A DNA stretch of 64,000 nucleotides from a virus. The stretch lies in IMG/VR virus record IMGVR_UViG_3300046780_000733; one strand, given 5' to 3'. The stretch's first letter is position 1; each line of letters starts with the position of its first letter. Under the pieces are notes generated by a model. The model did not search any database, was not told where the DNA came from, and worked only from the letters and a program-made list of their open reading frames with translations. Of the stretch, positions 55,142 to 64,000 are shown piece after piece. A program made the position numbers and the translations under genes.

Positions 55142-55612
55142 TCAAGACGGGGTTTTCCAAGCGGAGTAAATGGACGCATGGGCCAGGGTTTCCCCTGTTC
55201 CCCCGTAGCCAATTACGTACTCAGACTGATATTGCACCGTATTGACACACGGGCACCCCATGGTGTAGACCGACAGAGAATCAACGAATGGACGACTTGT
55301 GCAGTCATAATAGTTGCAGCTAATTTGAAACTCGTGTTCGCCCGAATCAACCAAGGGAGAGTTGATGTTATTGTAAGACCAAATCCTTACCCTCTGGGAA
55401 ATAAAAGCGCCAGAGCCCGACAAGCCTGCGCCCCAATGGGCCTGTCCAGCTCCCGTCCCGTTGAAATGGCCCGTCGAACAAGAGCCTCCGTTGAACACGA
55501 TGGACGTGTTGGCACCCCCGCAGTATTCCGAAACGCAAGCTGAGACACCGGATACCATGACGGCCAAGGCGAACAACAAGCACAGACCCACGATACCAAA
55601 TTTTCGACTCAT
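55142..55612 (-). CDS. Secreted Cys/Gly-rich protein, module copy 2
   Basis: Signal peptide ending VSAC (possible lipobox); SC.G, RV.I, DSG, SC....C, YQ, YS.W shared with 744-1274. Confidence 0.8.
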   Translation of the reverse strand: MSRKFGIVGLCLLFALAVMVSGVSACVSEYCGGANTSIVFNGGSCSTGHFNGTGAGQAHWGAGLSGSGAFISQRVRIWSYNNINSPLVDSGEHEFQISCNYYDCTSRPFVDSLSVYTMGCPCVNTVQYQSEYVIGYGGTGETLAHASIYSAWKTPS

Positions 55613-55644
55613 GGTCAACGTCTCCCTGGTGGAATTTGTTTTCG

Positions 55645-56103
55645 TCATCGAATCTCCTCATGGTTAATCCACTTCTGACGCGCCACAACGGCAGCATGCT
55701 CGGCATGCTCGTGCGAGGTCGGCGAGACAACCTCGATGGAGTCGTTGCCCCACTTGCAGGCCACGACATTGACCGGATCGCGCACATCGGCCTCCACGCC
55801 CCATCGCTCCAACTCGCCGGACTTCAGGCGGACGTGCACCGCGTAGGTGGGGCCGAGCACGAAGCCCTTGCAGTAGTCGATCGGGTACGGCTTCACCTTG
55901 TAGGTTCGATCCGGATGCCACATGCGGTACTCGTCGGCGACCTTCTCGCCATCTTCCCGCGAAGAGAACAGCCCGAGAAATTCGTAGTCGCCTACCTCGG
56001 CGCGGTGTAGGACGAAAACCGGATTTGATCGCTCGTGCTTCTTGGTCGCCGAGAGTGCTGCCAGGAATCCTACCAGCAACATGCAAACGAAACTGATCTT
56101 CAT
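55645..56103 (-). CDS. Putative secreted protein
   Basis: MKISFVCMLLVGFLAALSA signal-like N-terminus. Confidence 0.55.
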   Translation of the reverse strand: MKISFVCMLLVGFLAALSATKKHERSNPVFVLHRAEVGDYEFLGLFSSREDGEKVADEYRMWHPDRTYKVKPYPIDYCKGFVLGPTYAVHVRLKSGELERWGVEADVRDPVNVVACKWGNDSIEVVSPTSHEHAEHAAVVARQKWINHEEIR

Positions 56104-56104
56104 C

Positions 56105-57823
56105 TTACTGCATTCCTGAAATGTCGTTGCCGACACCGAAGTTGACGGTTCCGAGATTGGTGATGTGGATCGCGTGCTTGAACCGTTTGCCGCCGATCTC
56201 CATGTCCCATGGACTCTGCGGCGGGTTGGCCGGCGACTCATTGGTGGCCTCGGGGTTCGCCGTCCCCTGCCCTGACGCCGCTCCCGGCAATGGCATCGAA
56301 GCCATAGCCATGTGGTCACGGGGCGGGTCAGGCATCAGGTGGTCCGCGGGTCCTGGCACAGTCGCCTGAGACATGACGATGGTTTGACCTCGGTACACGG
56401 TGACACTCCCTGGTACTGGGACCGTGGCCTGATACAGGGGCAAAGTCTCGGCGGTGCCCACGGCACGCTGAGTCTCGGCGAGCATCGACTCGTTCTCTTC
56501 GAGGGTTGACATCCTGTGGTAGATGTCCATGAACTTCCGCTTGCGCCCGATGTAGGCGTCGTAGAAGGACCGGCTCACGTTTCGATCCTTGACGTCGTAG
56601 TGCTCGGTGCGCTTCGTGTCGTCGTGCTTGAGCGAGCCGAAGTAACGGGCCGGGAACGATGCCGGCCTGATCCCGCAGTAACGGAGACGGAGATAGAAAT
56701 CCGAATCCTCCGAGCCCCATGCACGAAACAGTACGTCGTATCCAGTGGCCTGCCGAAAATCGTAGGAGTGGACCACGACCGAGCCGAACTGGGACCAGTC
56801 GATGGGGTCGGCCAGTAAGTAGTGGCGGTTCTTCAGAGAGTGACGGATCGCCTCCGCCCACCCGGGCTCGCACGTCCAGTCTGCGTCCCAGAAGCACAGC
56901 CACCCCTCCTTGGCATAGGCGGCGCCGAGGTTGCGGGCGTGGGCCAGGTTGAACTTTGGCAATCCAGTCGCGTGCACCACCGTGACCTCGGGGTGGTGAT
57001 CCCTGACCCACTGCGCGGTCCCCTGCGGGCAGTCGTAATCGACCACAATCACCTCGACACCGGGCTCGACCAGCCACATCGGCAACGTCTGCTTGAGGTG
57101 ATCGAGACGTCCTTTGCACGTGGTGACCACCTGGAGCGTCGTTCCCAGGCATCGCGGTGGCACCTGGAATTTGAACGGATGGGTCACAGCGTACTTGTGT
57201 CCGAGGTTCTCCGGGGCCGGTGGACGCCAACTGCACCCGCACTCGCTCCAGTCGCCGTAGTCGAGGCCTAGGTTGCGCGTGATCCACATCAGTGACCAGT
57301 CGGTGCTGAGATAGGCAGATGCGTTACACCGCCGCCATGATGGCCAGTCTGGGGCGAACCGATCGTGGCCGCGAAGCGTGTCGTCGTCGAGGAACGGCGA
57401 TGCCAGGATTCGCGTGGCCGCGTCAGCCGTGATGGCCTGGCACGCCCCCTGGATGTTCTCGTACTCCTCGCCCTCGTATTCCAGGGTGCCCGAGATAGCG
57501 TGCTCGGGCTCGACCCGGAACCTACGCCAGACCCGCGTGTCGGGGTCGATCTTGACGATCCACCTGGTGCCCATGGCGATGCCCGCGGTGAGCGTTCGAT
57601 GCCACCACCGGCCACCACATTCGACTCGCTTCAGATACTCGCCCTCGACGTACTTGGCGTTGTGCCGGCGGCAAGACTCGCCGTACCATCGGTCGCGGGC
57701 CCCGTCCGAGATCACCGTCACGGGTGCATCCGGGTACGCGGCTCGCAAGTGACCCAAAAACCACTCCACCTGCGTGGCCCCCTCGTCGGCCACAACCACC
57801 ACGAACCCATAATCCTGCATCAT
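56105..57823 (-). CDS. Two-domain GT-A glycosyltransferase (GT-A + GT2/GT7C-like)
   Basis: Domain 1 KIDPDT, IQGA; domain 2 TTCKGR..HL, VVDY, ARNLGA, FWDAD, GYD..F..WGSED.DF..RL. Confidence 0.85.
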   Translation of the reverse strand: MMQDYGFVVVVADEGATQVEWFLGHLRAAYPDAPVTVISDGARDRWYGESCRRHNAKYVEGEYLKRVECGGRWWHRTLTAGIAMGTRWIVKIDPDTRVWRRFRVEPEHAISGTLEYEGEEYENIQGACQAITADAATRILASPFLDDDTLRGHDRFAPDWPSWRRCNASAYLSTDWSLMWITRNLGLDYGDWSECGCSWRPPAPENLGHKYAVTHPFKFQVPPRCLGTTLQVVTTCKGRLDHLKQTLPMWLVEPGVEVIVVDYDCPQGTAQWVRDHHPEVTVVHATGLPKFNLAHARNLGAAYAKEGWLCFWDADWTCEPGWAEAIRHSLKNRHYLLADPIDWSQFGSVVVHSYDFRQATGYDVLFRAWGSEDSDFYLRLRYCGIRPASFPARYFGSLKHDDTKRTEHYDVKDRNVSRSFYDAYIGRKRKFMDIYHRMSTLEENESMLAETQRAVGTAETLPLYQATVPVPGSVTVYRGQTIVMSQATVPGPADHLMPDPPRDHMAMASMPLPGAASGQGTANPEATNESPANPPQSPWDMEIGGKRFKHAIHITNLGTVNFGVGNDISGMQ

Positions 57824-57903
57824 CCTCTCCGCGCCAGATTCCGCTATTGCCCCTGCCAAGAGCGCCGTCGCGGAACCCGGCCGAGAAAATTCCGAATTTA
57901 ATC

Positions 57904-57931
57904 TTGCTTCGGAATCACTTCCTGGTATGAT
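57904..57931 (+). promoter_or_regulatory. sigma70-like promoter
   Basis: TTGCTT-N16-TATGAT in a divergent gap. Confidence 0.6.
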
Positions 57932-57950
57932 CAAGGTCGAAGGAGACGCA

Positions 57951-58325
57951 ATGCCGCGACGAAAAACTCTGTCTGGACATGGATCACTGTCATGGGGCAC
58001 GGGGCAGATCGGCATCGTGGCCCCTGTGGCTCCGGCTCCGGAACCAGTCGAGGTCAAGCGGCACGGGACGCTGGAACTTTGGGTCCTCGACCAGAGATAC
58101 GAAGTATCGGTGATCCCGATTGATCCCGGAAACCCGAGCCGGGTTCAGTACATGGTTCATAAGACGGGCGGCGATAGTTACACGGTGGCCGTGGACGAAC
58201 TCGGGGTTCCCCACTGCCAGTGCGGGTCGTTCCATTTCAGGCACGAGGGGTCATCGACCACTTGCAAACACGTGAAGGCGTGCGAGACGGCAGGACTTCT
58301 CGATCTTTACTGGAGAAACGTGTGA
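57951..58325 (+). CDS. SWIM zinc-finger protein
   Basis: YTV....CQC..F.FR....CKH..A. Confidence 0.75.
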   Translation: MPRRKTLSGHGSLSWGTGQIGIVAPVAPAPEPVEVKRHGTLELWVLDQRYEVSVIPIDPGNPSRVQYMVHKTGGDSYTVAVDELGVPHCQCGSFHFRHEGSSTTCKHVKACETAGLLDLYWRNV

Positions 58326-58576
58326 TTGTCCACTTGACCCAAGATGACATCGACAACCAAACGCGAGGAAACTGCTTCGACTGCGGTTTATCTCGCGCTA
58401 TACGTCGCGCCACCGGAGAGCCATTCGGCGTTTCCCTTACCACGGCTTTTCTCGACGGGCATCGGTATCAACTGCCTCCGGAGGCAATCGATGCAAGGGA
58501 ACGCCTGGACCGCGACGAGGCCGTTTCACCAATGTCATTTGAGTTTCCCGATGAACCACTGGAGGCCACATGCTGA
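58322..58576 (+). CDS. Hypothetical phage protein (paralog A)
   Basis: T..DI....C....AI..LPP.A....D....V.P..FE shared with next gene. Confidence 0.6.
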   Translation: MIVHLTQDDIDNQTRGNCFDCGLSRAIRRATGEPFGVSLTTAFLDGHRYQLPPEAIDARERLDRDEAVSPMSFEFPDEPLEATC

Positions 58577-58818
58577 TCAAAGTGACCAGAGATCACATAA
58601 TGCGAGGCGTACGTGTTTCTGTGTCAGGATGTCCGATCGGATTGGCGATCCAGGAAACAACAGGGTTTACCTACGAAGTCAGCCACTGCCACGCGCACCG
58701 CTCTGGGGATATTACCGTAGTTCGTCTTCCTCCGTCTGCCAAGAGGTTTATATCGGATTTCGATGGTGGGTGGGAAGTAAGTCCATTCGAGTTCGAGTTG
58801 CCCGTGGAGGCCACATGA
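58570..58818 (+). CDS. Hypothetical phage protein (paralog B)
   Basis: As above; both genes end in TGGAGGCCACATG. Confidence 0.6.
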   Translation: MLIKVTRDHIMRGVRVSVSGCPIGLAIQETTGFTYEVSHCHAHRSGDITVVRLPPSAKRFISDFDGGWEVSPFEFELPVEAT

Positions 58819-59711
58819 GTTGGAATGTGATCACCGGGGACTGCATCAGCGTGCTGCCCACGATTTCTCCGCGGCCGATTCTGATCGTGGCCGACCCTCC
58901 TTATAACCAAAAAATCTCGTACGGCTCATATTACGACGACAACAAGACGGACTCTGACTACCTTCTGTGGTGCCATCGATGGATAGAGTCAGCGTATTCC
59001 ACTTTGGGCGACGACGGTTCATTTTGGCTTCTCTGCTCACACGAGTACGTGTCCGACATCGATGTGATCGCTCGACGAGTCGGTTTCCATCGCCGCCAGT
59101 GGATCACCTGGTTTGAGTCGTTTGGCGTAAACTGCAAGGGAAAATTCAACCGGTGCTCGCGACCACTGCTCTGGTACTCTAAGCACAAGACTGAGTTCAT
59201 CTTCAACTCGGACGCACCAGAGGTTCGCAGGCCCAGCGACCGTCAGGCCAAATATTCGGACGCCAGAGCGGCAAACGGTGGCCTCAAACTTTGGGATGAC
59301 TGCTGGGGCATCAACCCTCCCATTCCCCGCGTCTGCGGCACCTTCAAGGAACGCATCAAGGGGTTCCCCACGCAACTCCCTCTGAAACTCCTGCGTCCGA
59401 TCATCGCGGTCGCGTCGAACCCAGGAGACACTTGCCTCGATCCATTTTCAGGGTCGGCTTCTCTTGGTCACGCTTGCCTTGAACTCGGACGAAACTTCGT
59501 CGGTATCGAACTGTCTGAACAGTACGCGGAACTTTCGCGAGAAAGGCTCAGGAAGGTGGAACATGATCTACGACGACAAGGACTTGAACATCGTGAGGCT
59601 GATCGGAAAACTCATGGAGGAGCAAGGGTACTCGGCCCGCAAGTACATGCAGGCCGAGGACCTGATTGCGACGATCCGCCGGCACAAGAAAAGGTATCTC
59701 AGACACATTGA
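58815..59711 (+). CDS. DNA N6-adenine/N4-cytosine methyltransferase (beta class)
   Basis: GDC, ADPPYN, FPTQLP, SNPGD..LDPFSGS, GRNFVGIEL. Confidence 0.92.
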   Translation: MSWNVITGDCISVLPTISPRPILIVADPPYNQKISYGSYYDDNKTDSDYLLWCHRWIESAYSTLGDDGSFWLLCSHEYVSDIDVIARRVGFHRRQWITWFESFGVNCKGKFNRCSRPLLWYSKHKTEFIFNSDAPEVRRPSDRQAKYSDARAANGGLKLWDDCWGINPPIPRVCGTFKERIKGFPTQLPLKLLRPIIAVASNPGDTCLDPFSGSASLGHACLELGRNFVGIELSEQYAELSRERLRKVEHDLRRQGLEHREADRKTHGGARVLGPQVHAGRGPDCDDPPAQEKVSQTH

Positions 59712-60153
59712 TCAACTCGTCAGGGTCATCCACGAGCGAGACATCAGGATTGATGCGCTACAGAAACAAATACCATCGACTGCAACCGCGCAGGAGATTG
59801 AACTCCTGAAGTCGGAACTCATGTGTCGCGACCAGGTCATCAAGGGATACAGAGAGCAAATCGGCCAACTCCAGCGGAACATTGATGCCCTTGAGAGTCA
59901 GAATACCCTATCCAACAGACTCATTGCGTCGTATGTGTCCGAAATCAACAGGAATCATGCCCAGCTAGAAAACCAGGCCGAGACGATCCGCGAGTTCCAG
60001 GAGCAACCGGTGCCGCTCGCCACCAACGACCAGATCTTTGCACTCCGTCAGGATCTAGACAGGATGCGCAAGACCATCGAGGACAGCCTCGACAAGATGA
60101 ACGACGTCCACGATGACCTCTTTTCAACACTCGCCCAGGAGACTAACAAGTGA
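59563..60153 (+). CDS. Coiled-coil protein
   Basis: AAGGT SD; heptad pattern; GTGA coupling to next gene. Confidence 0.6.
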   Translation: MIYDDKDLNIVRLIGKLMEEQGYSARKYMQAEDLIATIRRHKKRYLRHIDQLVRVIHERDIRIDALQKQIPSTATAQEIELLKSELMCRDQVIKGYREQIGQLQRNIDALESQNTLSNRLIASYVSEINRNHAQLENQAETIREFQEQPVPLATNDQIFALRQDLDRMRKTIEDSLDKMNDVHDDLFSTLAQETNK

Positions 60154-60713
60154 AGGCAGCAATCCAATCCATCGACAGATTCAGCACGGGACAGATCGCC
60201 AAGATGACCAATGTGGCACCAAGAACGGTGTCTAAATGGATCGACTCCGGGCGACTCGTCGGATACCGGATACCCGGCGGCAAAGATCGAAGGGTCATGC
60301 GCGCCGATCTAGAAGCGTTCAGCCGGACGCATGGAATTCCACTCGCCGGGCTCGAACCCACGAAGCCAAAGAACAATGTGCTCTGTGTCGGCGTGCGACG
60401 AAGCGCGAAACTCCTGGAAATCCTAAACGATCTGTCCTGCAAGTACACCTTTACATTCTCGCTGGTTACTGCTGGCATGATTATGGCCGTCGAGAAGCCG
60501 ACAGTGGTCATCGTTGACACCGCCATCGGACGCATCGACTCCGTGGTCGTCGGAGACTCGGTTCGCGGGTGCGAGATGTGCCGTGATGCCAAACTGGTCG
60601 CGATCGTACACTCCGAGGATCACGGAATCGGGAAACCATTCCAGTTCTTCCTTCACGAAAACTTTGGCCACTCCGAGATCCGCGAGATCCTGTCTCGCAA
60701 GGAGACGTCATGA
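60150..60713 (+). CDS. Excisionase/MerR-like HTH + degenerate receiver regulator (planctomycete type)
   Basis: FSTGQIAK...VAPRTVSKW.DSGRL.GYRIPG..DRR.....L..F...HG.P, then a receiver-like region with PTVVIVD. Confidence 0.8.
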   Translation: MKAAIQSIDRFSTGQIAKMTNVAPRTVSKWIDSGRLVGYRIPGGKDRRVMRADLEAFSRTHGIPLAGLEPTKPKNNVLCVGVRRSAKLLEILNDLSCKYTFTFSLVTAGMIMAVEKPTVVIVDTAIGRIDSVVVGDSVRGCEMCRDAKLVAIVHSEDHGIGKPFQFFLHENFGHSEIREILSRKETS

Positions 60714-61270
60714 GTACACAGGTGCCCAAGTCGAAAGCCATCGAGGCTTGGCATTTCCTACCTTCGGACGGATGCTTTCAGCACAAGCACAACGGAAACC
60801 GGGGACCGCGCGTAGAACCCGGGCTGATCCTTAGCGTCACTCCTCCGCCCATTATCTGTGAGCACGGACTTCACGCCAGCAGGAGGGCGATCGATGCCCT
60901 GAAATACGCGCCAGGATCAATCATCTGCCGCGTGCTGTGCTGGGGAGAGATCATCGAGGAACACAACGACAAACTGTGCGCCGAACACAGGAAAGTTTTG
61001 TGGCTCGAAGACTGTGACGACGCGCTTGGCGAGTTCGGTTGCATCGTCGCCGAACAGTCGCTGGATTTGGTCGCCAGCAAGGGATTTCACATAGACGAAA
61101 GATCTCGTCAAGCCATCTCAGTCAAGAGAAAATGGATCGCTGGAACGGCAACACAAGAGGAATTGCATGCCGCCAGGAGTGCCGCCGATGCCGCCAGGAG
61201 TGCCGCCGAGAGTGCCCAAAACGATGTGCTCGAATCTCTGTTGTTTGCCCTTAACAAGGAGTCATCATGA
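60710..61270 (+). CDS. Phage hypothetical protein with AARSAA repeat
   Basis: C.HGLHAS...IDAL.YAPG, DK.CA..R; 21-bp tandem duplication near 61167-61209. Confidence 0.7.
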   Translation: MSTQVPKSKAIEAWHFLPSDGCFQHKHNGNRGPRVEPGLILSVTPPPIICEHGLHASRRAIDALKYAPGSIICRVLCWGEIIEEHNDKLCAEHRKVLWLEDCDDALGEFGCIVAEQSLDLVASKGFHIDERSRQAISVKRKWIAGTATQEELHAARSAADAARSAAESAQNDVLESLLFALNKESS

Positions 61271-61764
61271 AGGTTTATGTTCGCTGGGGGCTACGGCGCG
61301 ACATGCCCGAGGTTCTGGCCATCGAGCACGCCAGTTTTGAGTTTCCCTGGTGCGAGGAAGAGTTCCTCCGGGTCCTACGCCAGCGCAACTGTATTCCCAT
61401 GGTCGCCGAGTGTGGCGAGCGGATCGTCGGATTCATGATCTACGAGCTGCATCGTAATCGCATTCATGTTCTCGACTTCGCCACACACCCCGAATTTCTC
61501 CGCCACGGCGTGGGACGCCAGATGGTCTCGAAGCTGGTTGGCAAACTGTCAGCACAGCGCAGGAAGAGACTCGTCCTGACATTGCGTGAGTCGAACCTTC
61601 CGGCCCAACTGTTCTTCCGCGTCGTCGGCTTTCGTGCCGTAGAAGTCGTCCGAGGCTACTACGAGGACAGCGGCGAAGACGGGTATCGCATGGCGTATAG
61701 TCTCGATGAGTCCTATGGAGAATTCACCCAGTCCAATCGCATCATCAAGCAACTCGAATCATGA
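61267..61764 (+). CDS. rimI: RimI-like N-acetyltransferase
   Basis: RRDMPEVLAIE..SFEFPW, HPEF.RHGVGRQM, RESN..AQ.FF...GF, YY...GED.Y.M. Confidence 0.85.
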   Translation: MKVYVRWGLRRDMPEVLAIEHASFEFPWCEEEFLRVLRQRNCIPMVAECGERIVGFMIYELHRNRIHVLDFATHPEFLRHGVGRQMVSKLVGKLSAQRRKRLVLTLRESNLPAQLFFRVVGFRAVEVVRGYYEDSGEDGYRMAYSLDESYGEFTQSNRIIKQLES

Positions 61765-61827
61765 GGAGGACGACACAGTGACTGAGATGTGGTTGATCCT
61801 GTGGGTAAGATTCGCGTGGGAGCGATA

Positions 61828-62184
61828 ATGACTCCTCAGCAAGAGCAAGCCATCTTGGCCGAGATCTCCGCCACCGAGGGCAAAGGCCAGCATAAGATGA
61901 TGGCCGCGTACTACCTGCTGTTCGGGAAGAACGAGGGGCGAGCCCGCTATAGCGCGTTTTGCATCAGCAAGAGGGGATGGATTCATCACCTTGTCTTCTT
62001 TGTCAATCAAGACAGGTGGGCCAACATGGCGCATCGCAACGAGGCTCTCTGCCCATGGTGCCAGACTCAGGGCGATGTCACTGGAATCAGGGCGATCATG
62101 GAGCCGGAGATCTTCGACATCGACACTCATCAGATCGTGTTCTATGTCGAGACATGGGCATACCGCTTCGACGAGCGCAAATAA
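61828..62184 (+). CDS. Hypothetical protein
   Basis: GGGAG SD. Confidence 0.5.
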   Translation: MTPQQEQAILAEISATEGKGQHKMMAAYYLLFGKNEGRARYSAFCISKRGWIHHLVFFVNQDRWANMAHRNEALCPWCQTQGDVTGIRAIMEPEIFDIDTHQIVFYVETWAYRFDERK

Positions 62185-62219
62185 AACCCCGCACCATAGC
62201 GCGAGGCCATGGCACGGGG
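62179..62219 (-). terminator. Terminator of the parAB operon
   Basis: CCCCGTGCCATGGC/GCTATGGTGCGGGG followed by TTTTATTT. Confidence 0.75.
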
Positions 62220-62295
62220 ACGAGAACCCGGCCCAACAACGTCACCGCCATTACGCCGAGCACCTGCCGGGGAACCAACCCAGCAGGTGTTTCCA

Positions 62296-63168
62296 TTATC
62301 GCAGCCGCGACGCCTGTGTCAAGGCTTGTCTGATCGCGGCGGCGAAATCCTTCCTTGAAGCGTTGGCCTTGGACAATGTCACCTCGACGGTTCCGTTCTC
62401 CACGTCGTAGGCAACCTTGGACGTTCTGGCGAGACTCTTGCGTCCGAGAGCCGCGGTCTCGGCGACGATCTGTTCGGTCCCACCCCCCTGCTCTGCCAGT
62501 TTCTCAGCTATCTCGGGTTCCACGCGGGCCAATGCAACGCCGGCCTGGACGGAGATCTTGCCCTGGGCGACCTTACGCTGCACAGACTTCGGCGCCTCAA
62601 GCAGGCTCAACATCCTAGACACATGCCCCTTGGAGAGCCCGAGTTCCTGAGCCAGATGGTCCTGGGTCCAGTTGGTCATGTCCAAGAGTCGTCGCATCCC
62701 GGCGGCTTGCTCGATCGCGGTCAGGTCGGCGCGGAGGCAGTTCTCGACGAGCTGGTCACAGAGGTCATCGTCGTCGCCTCGGTTCGACACCTCGATCACT
62801 GGGATCGTCGCCATCCCCAGTAACCCAGCGGCTCGCCATCGGCGTTCGCCAGAGACGATCACCCACGCGTTCTTCACGTCGTCAAACCTGACCCGGATCG
62901 GCTGCAAGACCCCGCGCGACTTGATCGACTCGGCGAGCCGATGGGTCGCCTCGGAGTCGAACTCCTTCCGAGGCTGCGAGGGATCGGGGATCACCCGAGA
63001 AACCGGCACTTGCATCGCCCCCGGCAGGCGCGACGTGTCCTTGAGCCTATCCTGTACGTTGGGACGGATCTTGATCGCGGCCCGGTTCTCTCGTGTGTCA
63101 TCGCGCATCGACTCATCGATGTGGTCACCGTACTGCAACCTCAGTCTCGCTGACTTTGTCGAACTCAT
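62296..63168 (-). CDS. parB: ParB partition protein
   Basis: PDPSQPRK.F, LA.SI..RGVLQPI.V, GERRWRA, QLVENC.R.DL, HTH. Confidence 0.93.
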   Translation of the reverse strand: MSSTKSARLRLQYGDHIDESMRDDTRENRAAIKIRPNVQDRLKDTSRLPGAMQVPVSRVIPDPSQPRKEFDSEATHRLAESIKSRGVLQPIRVRFDDVKNAWVIVSGERRWRAAGLLGMATIPVIEVSNRGDDDDLCDQLVENCLRADLTAIEQAAGMRRLLDMTNWTQDHLAQELGLSKGHVSRMLSLLEAPKSVQRKVAQGKISVQAGVALARVEPEIAEKLAEQGGGTEQIVAETAALGRKSLARTSKVAYDVENGTVEVTLSKANASRKDFAAAIRQALTQASRLR

Positions 63169-63956
63169 GCCGCCACCACCCCTATCGCCAATCTTTGCTG
63201 GATCTCGTCGGCCAGCGATTCAAACACTTTACCAGCCGGCGATCGTGGACGGAAGTGAGAGATCGGCTTCCTGGCCGCCACCGCTTCTTTGTACGCGCTG
63301 AGCAGCGGGACACGGGTCGAGAACACGAGTCCACCGTAGATCTCGGTGAGGCGGTCGGCGTAGGCGTGGTGGATGGAGAGACGCTGATCGAACAAGGAAA
63401 GCAGATACCCAAGAACCAACGGTGACCCGTGCTCGATTGCCACGGATCGGATTGCCCGGCCCACAGCAACCAACCCCTGGGCACCGAAATCTTCCGGAGC
63501 AAGCGGGACCACAACATGATCTGCTGCGCGGATCGCCGCGTAGGTGCAGAGATGAAGATTGGGCGGCGTGTCGATGATGCAGAAATCGAAGTCGCTGTGG
63601 ATCTCCTGGAGCACCGAACGGATCGACTCCGTACGCTGCCCCCACTGATCCCTTGGGAGCATGTTAGATGTGGCGGCGTCCTGGTGGCCTGGAATGAGCC
63701 ACAGGCGGCTCATGTGTGCTGGGGCTATGATTCGCTCAGGCAGCGGATCTGACTCGTAGCAGGCGGCCACAGAGGCTTCAGGATCAAGGTCGCGGAACGC
63801 CGCAGGACCGAACAGACCTTGGGTGAGCGATCCCTGGGGATCTGCATCAACCCAAAGAACGCGGGAGCCACGCGCTGCCAGCGTGCCGCCGATGTGGAAC
63901 GTGGTGCTCGTCTTGGCGCTGCCGCCCTTGAGATTCACAACGGCTATCGTCTGCAT
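63165..63956 (-). CDS. parA: ParA Walker-type partition ATPase
   Basis: NLKGGSAKT, VDADPQGSLT, IIDTPP; ATGA overlap with parB. Confidence 0.93.
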   Translation of the reverse strand: MQTIAVVNLKGGSAKTSTTFHIGGTLAARGSRVLWVDADPQGSLTQGLFGPAAFRDLDPEASVAACYESDPLPERIIAPAHMSRLWLIPGHQDAATSNMLPRDQWGQRTESIRSVLQEIHSDFDFCIIDTPPNLHLCTYAAIRAADHVVVPLAPEDFGAQGLVAVGRAIRSVAIEHGSPLVLGYLLSLFDQRLSIHHAYADRLTEIYGGLVFSTRVPLLSAYKEAVAARKPISHFRPRSPAGKVFESLADEIQQRLAIGVVAA

Positions 63957-64000
63957 CCCTGCCCTCCGATCCACGGACTTACCTGTCTTAGGATCGGCAG

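Noticed and set aside
1-64000. Genome-wide TAG recoding
   Set aside because: Recognisable genes are intact under code 11 and several end naturally at TAG; only one internal amber seen. The recombinase TAG being in frame with the next ORF is likely chance, as that ORF has its own SD.

Overview
64-kb segment of a large tailed dsDNA phage, probably a temperate phage-plasmid since it carries both terminase and ParA/ParB. The host is most likely a planctomycete (Isosphaerales-like), judged from recalled similarity of its RimI-like acetyltransferase and HTH-receiver regulator; no search was run. Layout: (1-3.6 kb, minus) terS/terL followed by a two-gene secreted-protein moron. (3.7-15.3 kb, plus) serine recombinase, thyA, Sm-like protein plus RS/WS-repeat peptide, DarG-like macrodomain, Lar-like and Tat-signal ORFs. 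(15.3-28.3 kb) an elaborate control region with palindromic sites, 9-bp periodic tracts, a 37-bp array and CTAGG elements, around two converging blocks of small early-type genes. (28.3-37.4 kb) a gene block punctuated by a bipartite motif CGCCCGAG-N17-CATACTTT. (40-47.6 kb) C5 methyltransferase with a nested second-frame subunit, SMC-like ATPase, beta-clamp, phosphoesterase and DHFR. (47.6-57.8 kb, minus) glycosyltransferase/methyltransferase cluster containing a 226-nt tRNA-like RNA and a second copy of the secreted module. (58-64 kb) N6/N4 methyltransferase, host-like regulator, RimI-like protein and ParB/ParA. Best novelty candidates: the duplicated Cys-rich secreted protein + partner module, the tRNA-like RNA with its upstream Lys/Gly peptide, the oriented bipartite motif, and the 15-28 kb control architecture. 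All family calls come from motif recognition by eye.
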